A stretch of DNA of 64,000 nucleotides. It comes from an uncultured bacterium (GTDB taxonomy: Bacteria > Patescibacteriota > Minisyncoccia > UBA6257 > GWB1-50-10). The notes beneath the pieces are model-generated. The model saw only the letters and a list, made by a program, of their open reading frames with translations. It searched no databases and was not told the origin of the DNA. Of this stretch, positions 15,108 to 21,987 are shown piece after piece. The position numbers and the translations under genes are program-made. How positions within the stretch are numbered: position 1 is the stretch's first letter; each line of letters starts with the position of its first letter. The DNA is taken from positions 71,461 through 135,460 of the forward strand of contig CAVRNT010000002.1 of the NCBI GenBank assembly GCA_963722655.1, read 5' to 3'.

Positions 15108-15623
15108 ATGAATTTCTCTCTTAAACCGAATCCCCTAATAGCCCTTTGGGTGCCGGGCTTTCTGACGGTCACGGTGATTCTTCTCAGTGCCTATGTAGGC
15201 GGATCGCTAAGTGTGTTGAACTCAATCACGACGCTTCCATTTTACGCCATTGGCTTCATGGTGATTGTTGCCGGGTTTGCGGTGGGAGAATTTTTAGATA
15301 CGATTAGAGATGTCCTATGGGAGAGCTTTTTGGATCATCTCTGCAAAGGGAAGTTCAAGATTCAATGGGAATTCTTTTTCAACGGAGAAGAAAGACATAT
15401 AAAAAATCTTGAGGAATGGTATTACACGTACTACGAGTTAGATTTCAATTTGTTTGCGGGAGAGGTGATAGTCTACCTACTGTCTTGGTTCCCAGTAATC
15501 CACATAAGCCTCGGAGTTCAGCTTATAATGGCCTTCCCCGCAGCACTCTTTCTCATAAGTGCTCTTCTTGTAAGAGGAGAAATTAAAAAATTAATTGATG
15601 AACATTATGCCCAACAAAAGTAA
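15108..15623 (+). CDS. small polytopic membrane protein (hypothetical)
   Basis: 171 aa with 3-4 hydrophobic segments. It sits between the ATPase and the SET gene with small overlaps, an operon-like arrangement. Confidence 0.5.
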   Translation: MNFSLKPNPLIALWVPGFLTVTVILLSAYVGGSLSVLNSITTLPFYAIGFMVIVAGFAVGEFLDTIRDVLWESFLDHLCKGKFKIQWEFFFNGEERHIKNLEEWYYTYYELDFNLFAGEVIVYLLSWFPVIHISLGVQLIMAFPAALFLISALLVRGEIKKLIDEHYAQQK

Positions 15624-16017
15624 TCTTCCCCATATTGGCGTTTACACCAGAATCAAGCGTTCTGAGGTAGACGAGAACGGTGTTGGGGTATTTGCCATAC
15701 AATCAATTAAGAAAGGAACCAATATCTTCCCCGGCGACATCGCCAGGATGGTTCCTGTAGACGGCAAGCAGATTAGGAAATTACCGAAGGCAATAAAGAA
15801 ACTCTATGAGGAGTTTTGTGTCATCAAGAAAAGGAAAAACGGGAAAATATACCTATGTCCCAAAAGCTTCAATCTTCTAACGGTTGCATGGTACATAAAC
15901 GACTCTGATACACCCAATGTCCGGTGTGACAAAAACTATGACTTCTTCGCACTCAGAAATATCAGGGCCGGGGAAGAATTAACAGCAGATTATTCGACTT
16001 ACAGCGACGAGGATTAG
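15607..16017 (+). CDS. SET-domain protein (putative protein lysine methyltransferase)
   Basis: 'GVGVFAIQSIKKGTNIF' matches the SET-N GxG motif. 'WYINDSDTPNVRC' matches the NHSCxPN motif. 'ALRNIRAGEELTADYS' matches ELxxDY. Confidence 0.75.
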   Translation: MPNKSNLPHIGVYTRIKRSEVDENGVGVFAIQSIKKGTNIFPGDIARMVPVDGKQIRKLPKAIKKLYEEFCVIKKRKNGKIYLCPKSFNLLTVAWYINDSDTPNVRCDKNYDFFALRNIRAGEELTADYSTYSDED

Positions 16018-16278
16018 GCTCCAAATTCACTCGCCAAATCGGTAGTCTTTTCAAATGAGTTTGTCTTTGTCTCTTCCGTCAATTTCTCCCACCTTATTCT
16101 GTGCATTCCTTTCCATTAGGATAATCAGGTGGTGACAAAGCATCCGACGGTGGACCTATGCACGCCGAAACTTCTTGTGCTTTTAGATCTAGTCCAAACC
16201 GTTGCCATGCCTGCAGCTCTTTGATTATCTGATTCCAATCCTCACGTATTAGGGCTACTAAAGCTGAGTACATACACA

Positions 16279-16305
16279 ACCTACCAAAAGCCCTCATACA
16301 ATGAG
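16279..16305. terminator. bidirectional hairpin terminator between the SET gene and the PAP2-like gene
   Basis: aaaagccctcat-acaa-tgagggctttt, a perfect inverted repeat flanked by A/T runs. Confidence 0.5.
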
Positions 16306-16451
16306 GGCTTTTGGTTTATCTAAAGCTAAGAAAGGTTCTAGCTTGGGTGGTGCAAGGGGAAGGATCTAACCTCCGAATAGATTATACTTTCCCGTTGAGG
16401 AGAATCGTCCACTGAATTGCGCTTGAGCACTTTCCCAACAATAAGAAAATG

Positions 16452-17075
16452 CTAATGACACAACAACCGATCTTTCATTCTACCCCAATACCCTATGGAG
16501 ACAGTATATATGAAGAAAACTATGAAGAAGCTGGCAACAACGTCGATTGTATAGTGCCCCCTGCCCGCTATTATGAAGAACGACTCCAGTATCGCCAGCG
16601 CGAGCATCGCATATTTACTCTTCTTGTCCCGCCACGACATAAGGAAAAACAACATGAATACCTGACCGACATGCCCGCTGGGGAAAGTTCCTCCCGTAAC
16701 AAGGACCTTCCCCAAGAGATCGAACGTGCCGGGCTCCATTGGTGTGGGGAGAGGCGTCAACGGAAGTATCGCCGCCCGGAATAGCTGGAAAAGCGCTATG
16801 CACGCGAGGTATAAGGGTAAGTCCTCGTATGATTTCTTGCGAATCACATAGGCTACAAAGCCGATGTCCGCGACCAGAAGGATTATGTCGGCGATATTGG
16901 AGTAGGCAGGATTGAATCCAAACAGCCGAAAGCCGAGATCGTTAAGAACGGGTCTGCTGCTTGCCACGCTGGAATAATGCGTCGAGACCGCATCCAGATA
17001 GCATCCTACGACCAGTAAGACCGCCGACAACACGAGTGCGGCCCAATACTTTTTATTGTATTTACATTTATGCAC
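16452..17075 (-). CDS. PAP2_C / sphingomyelin-synthase-like membrane phosphotransferase family protein
   Basis: Polytopic membrane protein with 'GGTFPSGHVG' (SGH motif) and 'GRGHYTIDVVASFF' (HYTxDV motif). Paralog of 53161..53829. Confidence 0.65.
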   Translation of the reverse strand: MHKCKYNKKYWAALVLSAVLLVVGCYLDAVSTHYSSVASSRPVLNDLGFRLFGFNPAYSNIADIILLVADIGFVAYVIRKKSYEDLPLYLACIALFQLFRAAILPLTPLPTPMEPGTFDLLGKVLVTGGTFPSGHVGQVFMLFFLMSWRDKKSKYAMLALAILESFFIIAGRGHYTIDVVASFFIVFFIYTVSIGYWGRMKDRLLCH

Positions 17076-17165
17076 CGTAGAGGGAACTGATTCGCTCTAT
17101 TATACCTTAACGCCATCCTCGCAAAATGGGGTGGCGTTAGGCATTCATCTCAAATAAATTTTTTC

Positions 17166-17582
17166 CTACTCACCGCTCACCGTGACCGTATAGGTTTGAG
17201 TCGTTCCATCCTGCGCCGTAACAGTGTATGTCACCGGATAAGTAAAATCCTGCGCTACGTCGGAGTCAGGATAAATTGTCGCACCGTTTGCAACCACGAT
17301 TGTCGGAACGAGGTTCGTCACATCCGTGCCCGCGGGAACCGTGAGCGTTACAGTGTCACCCATATTATCAACGATTCCGTCCACTTCCGGACTTAAGCCC
17401 ATGAAGTTAAATGAGGTGATGGATGTATCCGAACTCATCGGAGAGGCCTGGGTGGTCTGGGTAGTAGTTTGAGCGGCTGGCTGGCTATTTTGTGCCGGTG
17501 CCGGGTTCCGGGCGATAAAATACCATACGCCTCCGATAACGACGATTATCGCGACAATTAAAACAATTGCCTTTGTTGACAT
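17166..17582 (-). CDS. membrane-anchored extracytoplasmic hypothetical protein
   Basis: N-terminal TM 'AIVLIVAIIVVIGGVWYFI', a T/Q-rich linker and a beta-rich C-terminal domain. GC-rich. Confidence 0.5.
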   Translation of the reverse strand: MSTKAIVLIVAIIVVIGGVWYFIARNPAPAQNSQPAAQTTTQTTQASPMSSDTSITSFNFMGLSPEVDGIVDNMGDTVTLTVPAGTDVTNLVPTIVVANGATIYPDSDVAQDFTYPVTYTVTAQDGTTQTYTVTVSGE

Positions 17583-17928
17583 TATAATTATTGGTAACTA
17601 TTCCTTGCCATAACCGACCTTTATAAAATCTCTTCATAAACGAAACAACGTAGCCATCAGGATATTCAGCCGCAGTTTACGTTCATTTCCACTCGTGAGT
17701 TAATACTCTTTAGATGCTAAAAAGGGTTTAACTACCTGGTGACAAGGCGTCCTTCAGATACTTGTCTCTGAAAAAAAGTTCTAACGTCGATCACCAAGAC
17801 CTACAAGCAAAATCTCTTGACGCTAGCGCATCAAGGTATTATTTTAATCTTCAGTTCGACAAAAAAGGAGGGGTTTGATGAGAAAGACCTAGGTTTTCTT
17901 CGCGGTCCTGACCGGGATATCGCTTTTT

Positions 17929-18351
17929 ATGATCCCCACTTATTTGGTCACGACTCCGGTGAGCGGCGCTACCGGTGACAATACGCCTCCCCGAGACAAG
18001 GAGATCAAGCAATTGTCAGTCAGTATCGATTCGGTCGTAAATACCGCCGGCCGACTATCCAAAGACCGATTCTTCATGCGCGAGTTCATCACCGACGAGC
18101 AGGATTCCGTAATTCAGCAGATAATTTATTTCAACTACGACAGCGTAAGGATCATCCAATGCTCTTTCGACACGTTGGAAGAGACCTACGCCGCACTCGA
18201 CAGCGCGACGTATAAGGCTAGGGTCCAGCGGATAATCGAAATTGAAAACGGCGTGAGTCGGATCTGCGACCAAGCGGAACGGGCACTGCGAAACGCTATG
18301 CGGGTCTACATGATCCGGCAAGAGTTGTACAAGAGCACCCGTTCGATATGA
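17929..18351 (+). CDS. hypothetical protein. An in-frame upstream RBS+ATG (17878) is separated from this ORF by a TAG at 17890
   Basis: 'aaggagg' sits 7 nt before ATG 17878. 'MRKT*VFFAVLTGISLFMIPTYLV' reads like a signal peptide interrupted by a stop. Confidence 0.4.
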   Translation: MIPTYLVTTPVSGATGDNTPPRDKEIKQLSVSIDSVVNTAGRLSKDRFFMREFITDEQDSVIQQIIYFNYDSVRIIQCSFDTLEETYAALDSATYKARVQRIIEIENGVSRICDQAERALRNAMRVYMIRQELYKSTRSI

Positions 18352-18411
18352 ACGGCGAACCACGGCACCGAAAGGCGACCGTGGTTTTTATTCGCGTGGT
18401 ATAATAAAACC

Positions 18412-18903
18412 ATGAAAAAACTGGTCTATGTTTTGATAATCATCGTGGTCGTCGTGGCCCTATGGCTGCTTTTGGCCTCCACGAAGCCCGTCGTCGCCCC
18501 CACAGGCGAGAATCAAACTTCGTCCGTCCCGGCCACCGGGAGTTCGAACCCAGCCAAATCGGCCTACTTCGACCAGCGTTCCAACACCTCGCTCGGAACG
18601 TATCTCACTGACGCTAAGGGAATGACGCTCTATACCTTCGCGAACGATACGGCGGGCGCGCCGACCTGCGCGGGCGCCTGCGCCGCCAAGTGGCCGGCTT
18701 ACGGCCCGGATATAAGCGCGACCGGCACGGCCCCGATCAACCTGCCGATGCTCCCCCAAAACGTCGGCACCGTGAAGGGCTTGAACGGACTGGTCCAATT
18801 CACCTGGAAGAATATGCCGCTCTATTACTACTTCGAAGATAAGGTGTCCGGCGACACCTACGGCGAAGGCATCGGCGGGGTCTGGTACGTCGTGAAGCTA
18901 TAG
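18412..18903 (+). CDS. secreted lipoprotein-like protein with a COG4315-type repeat ('secreted repeat of unknown function')
   Basis: Signal peptide, then 'LTDAKGMTLYTFANDTAG...CAGACAAKWPA' and a second 'LYYYFEDKVSGDTYGEG' repeat. Confidence 0.55.
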   Translation: MKKLVYVLIIIVVVVALWLLLASTKPVVAPTGENQTSSVPATGSSNPAKSAYFDQRSNTSLGTYLTDAKGMTLYTFANDTAGAPTCAGACAAKWPAYGPDISATGTAPINLPMLPQNVGTVKGLNGLVQFTWKNMPLYYYFEDKVSGDTYGEGIGGVWYVVKL

Positions 18904-18957
18904 AAAGAAATAAAAGCTGATTTTCCCAACGTTTACGGCTATAATGAGACGGATAAA

Positions 18958-19293
18958 ATGGCCGTCTTCAAAAGCAAGGTCCTTTGGATACCGCTTGGGC
19001 TGACCATCGCGCTCACAGCGGCCGGTCTCATCGTCGGTCTCGTGAAGATCAGCGGTTTGGGATACCCGGTCATCATCCACTTCGACCAGTTCCACGGCGT
19101 GGACTTCATCGGCACGGCGACCGATTTCTGGGGCGTTTGGCTCGGCGGTTTGGCACTGCTAATCCTGAACGGTATCTTGAGCGAGGTCTTCTTCCGCCGC
19201 GAACGATTCCTCGCCTACCTTTTCCTTTCCGCGAACGCGCTCCTTGCGCTCTTGATGTTCATCTTCGCGGTCGTCGTCGCCGCGGCCAATTGA
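18958..19293 (+). CDS. small integral membrane protein (hypothetical)
   Basis: 111 aa with three hydrophobic helices. Confidence 0.45.
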   Translation: MAVFKSKVLWIPLGLTIALTAAGLIVGLVKISGLGYPVIIHFDQFHGVDFIGTATDFWGVWLGGLALLILNGILSEVFFRRERFLAYLFLSANALLALLMFIFAVVVAAAN

Positions 19294-19298
19294 AATAA

Positions 19299-20330
19299 AT
19301 GGAGACCATTCTAATCATCGCCATCGTAATGCTCGCCGCCGCCATTATCCTCGTCGGCGCCGCCATCTTCATTTTCCGGAAAAACAGGACGCCCCACGAT
19401 GGCCAGTCGCTCGTCCTTCTCCAAAACCAGATGAATGAAATCACGCGCACTCTGGATTCCAAGCTCGCCGAGTCCACCCGCGTCATCCAGAGCCAGTTCG
19501 GCCAGAGCGCCAAGATTATCAAAGACGTCACCGAACGCCTCACCAAGCTCGACGAGACGAACAAGCAAGTGGTGAACTTTGCCGACCAATTGAAGAACCT
19601 CCAGGACATTCTGAAGAACCCCAAGCAGCGGGGGATCCTCGGCGAGTATTACTTGGAGACCGTCCTCAAGAACGTATTGCCGCCCGGCGCCTTCCAAATG
19701 CAGTACCCCTTCAAGGACGGTACGATCGTGGACGCCGCCATCTTCGTGAAGGACAAGGTCATCCCCATCGATTCCAAGTTCAGCTTGGAGAACTATAACC
19801 GCATCCTGGAAACGCGGAGCCCGGAAGAGAAGGAGCGCCTGGAGGGCGCCTTCCGGAACGACCTCAAAATGCGTATCGACGAGACGTCCAAATACGTGAA
19901 ACCGGAGGAGGGGACGATGGACTTCGCCTTTATGTTCATCCCCTCCGAGGCGGTCTTCTACGACGTCCTGATCAACAAGGTGGGCGCTGTGACGGGCAAA
20001 GACCTCATTGAGTACGCCTTCGGCAAGAAGGTCATCATCGTTTCGCCGACCTCCTTCCTGGCCTATCTCCAGACGGTCCTCCAGGGCCTCAAAGCGCTCC
20101 AGATCGAGGAATCGGCCAAGGAGATCCGGAAGAGAGTGGAAGAGCTCGGCAAGCATCTCGGGAGCTACGAGACCTATATGAAAAAACTCGGCGGTCATCT
20201 TGGCACGACCGTCGGGATGTACAACAACGCCTATAAGGAGCTGGGGAAGATCGACAAGGACGTCCTGCGCATTACGGGCGAGGCGGTGGATGTCGAGCCG
20301 ACGATCATCGAACCACCCAACGAAGAATGA
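19299..20330 (+). CDS. rmuC: DNA recombination protein RmuC
   Basis: N-terminal TM, long coiled-coil, and a C-terminal RmuC nuclease-like region 'IPIDSKFSLENY...FAFMFIPSEAVF'. Confidence 0.85.
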   Translation: METILIIAIVMLAAAIILVGAAIFIFRKNRTPHDGQSLVLLQNQMNEITRTLDSKLAESTRVIQSQFGQSAKIIKDVTERLTKLDETNKQVVNFADQLKNLQDILKNPKQRGILGEYYLETVLKNVLPPGAFQMQYPFKDGTIVDAAIFVKDKVIPIDSKFSLENYNRILETRSPEEKERLEGAFRNDLKMRIDETSKYVKPEEGTMDFAFMFIPSEAVFYDVLINKVGAVTGKDLIEYAFGKKVIIVSPTSFLAYLQTVLQGLKALQIEESAKEIRKRVEELGKHLGSYETYMKKLGGHLGTTVGMYNNAYKELGKIDKDVLRITGEAVDVEPTIIEPPNEE

Positions 20331-21184
20331 TAGAAAAACTGCTTGCATTCTACTCCGCTCTCGGCCGGCCCCTAACTTTGATGGAGACCGCCCGCCTCGG
20401 CGATCAACCGCCCCAGGCGACGTTGAAAGAGCTGGAGCGGCTAACTGCTCAAGGAAAGGTTAATAAAGAAGACGGTTTCTTCTCGCTTGTTGGCGCCGGT
20501 TTGAGCGCTACGGAGAGGAAGAGACAGGATCTCCTCTCGGACCTCAAATGGAAAAAACTTTTGCGTCTCGCCAAATGGTTCCGCTTCGCGCCTTTCATTG
20601 AATTCGTCATCGCGAGCGGCTCGATGGCCATTGGCAACGTCCGCGCGAGCTCGGATTTCGACGTTCTGGTTGGCGTGCGCTCCGGTCGGATCTTCACAGC
20701 CCGTTATTTTTTGAACTTCATCTTCGGCCTCTTGGGGAAAAGGCGCCTCGACGACGCAACGGATTCCAGCCCCGACAGGTTTTGTTTCAACCATTTAATA
20801 ACGGAGGTGACCTTCGCGCGCGGCGCGCCGGACACCTACGATCAGCTGCTTTACCGGAACATGGTCCCACTCTGGGGAGATTCGGGAGCGATCCGGGCAT
20901 TTTTCCGGGCGAACACATGGTGCGGTGTGACGGAGCTCGCCGCCCAAAATCTAAGATCCCTGCCCGACGGGCGGAATATCATCGGTCGACTTTGGGAACT
21001 TTTCCTCGGCGGGCGTTTCGGCGACCTCGTTGAATATAAGCTCATCGCACCGATCGCCAAACGACGCCTTGCGGTCTACGTTTCCGGCAAACCGCAAGAG
21101 GGGAGGGTGGTCGTTTCCGACGCGGAATTGGAGTTCCACTTCAACCTTCGATACGAAAAGAGGTTCACCGGCCCTGAGTTGTGA
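20327..21184 (+). CDS. nucleotidyltransferase-domain (Pol-beta superfamily) protein, overlapping the rmuC stop
   Basis: 'ASGSMAIGNVRASSDFDVLVG' matches the GS...SD.D NTase motif. An N-terminal ~80 aa region could be a winged-helix domain. Confidence 0.5.
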   Translation: MIEKLLAFYSALGRPLTLMETARLGDQPPQATLKELERLTAQGKVNKEDGFFSLVGAGLSATERKRQDLLSDLKWKKLLRLAKWFRFAPFIEFVIASGSMAIGNVRASSDFDVLVGVRSGRIFTARYFLNFIFGLLGKRRLDDATDSSPDRFCFNHLITEVTFARGAPDTYDQLLYRNMVPLWGDSGAIRAFFRANTWCGVTELAAQNLRSLPDGRNIIGRLWELFLGGRFGDLVEYKLIAPIAKRRLAVYVSGKPQEGRVVVSDAELEFHFNLRYEKRFTGPEL

Positions 21185-21254
21185 ACAACTCCGGCTTGCG
21201 GTTCACTCCGATAGTTTTAGAATTTAGAAAGAACAACAAAAACCGGAGGTATTC

Positions 21255-21644
21255 TTGAAATACGACGCGGAATCGTTGGTAGCCAAGTGTCTCTCAAGGC
21301 ACGGCATGACTTTTGAACACGCCATCAAGAACGGTTCTCTGGACAGGGTCGGTATTGATTTCAGGATCTATCTTGAAGAACGCGAGAAAATGATAGATCT
21401 TCAGGTCAAGACGTCCGATCGGGGCATAACGACCGGCTTGATACTGCCGTTGTCCAATCCACCGCTCGAAACGTACCCGTATCTTTCGGAAACGATGCTT
21501 TGGAGGGTTTCCAACCACATGAAGAAGCATCCCAACGTAAGATACATACTTTTCGTGGCGCGAATCTGCAGAAGACGACCGGAGGACGTGATAATCTCCG
21601 AGATCTGGCGGGAAACCAAAAGATTGTTCCTGCTAGCCGCGTAA
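21255..21644 (+). CDS. hypothetical protein
   Basis: 129 aa ORF in a coding-like context. A hairpin terminator follows at 21654-21680. Confidence 0.4.
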   Translation: MKYDAESLVAKCLSRHGMTFEHAIKNGSLDRVGIDFRIYLEEREKMIDLQVKTSDRGITTGLILPLSNPPLETYPYLSETMLWRVSNHMKKHPNVRYILFVARICRRRPEDVIISEIWRETKRLFLLAA

Positions 21645-21691
21645 AAGAGTTCATCGGGGCTGCCTTCGGGCGGCCCTTTTCTTTCCACCTC

Positions 21692-21720
21692 TTGCATTTT
21701 TAAACGGCTCATGATACAAT
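21692..21720 (+). promoter_or_regulatory. strong sigma70-like promoter (TTGCAT, 17 bp spacer, TACAAT)
   Basis: -35 at 21692-21697 and -10 at 21715-21720, read directly from the sequence. Confidence 0.6.
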
Positions 21721-21803
21721 ACGGGAGATGTGAAGTGCAGAGTTTGCCTTGCTGCGATGCCGGTTTGCCGGAAGCGCAGAAATCAAGGAAAACCCTTCCA
21801 ATT

Positions 21804-21834
21804 CCTCCCGGCGTCAGCCGGGAGGTTTGTTTTT
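21804..21834 (+). terminator. rho-independent terminator ~85 nt downstream of the promoter above. Together they bound a ~105 nt RNA
   Basis: Perfect 9-bp stem cctcccggc / gccgggagg with loop gtca, then tttgttttt. Confidence 0.65.
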
Positions 21835-21987
21835 ACCCGCCACTTCATATTTAGCGAGAAATAACCTATGCTATTTGGAAGGACGAGGTGGGGCCGCTGG
21901 AGCGGCCACGGGTGAGCACTCTCACATCATTCAAAAAATTGGAGGTCACCACCGTGGCCGCTCTGGCGGCCCGACCAGTGTTTTTAA

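Noticed and set aside
16094-16297. 67-aa minus-strand ORF between the SET and PAP2_C genes
   Set aside because: Its start codon lies inside the stem of the bidirectional terminator hairpin (16279-16305). There is no RBS and no domain. Probably non-coding spacer
19311-20348. 345-aa minus-strand ORF
   Set aside because: Antisense to rmuC
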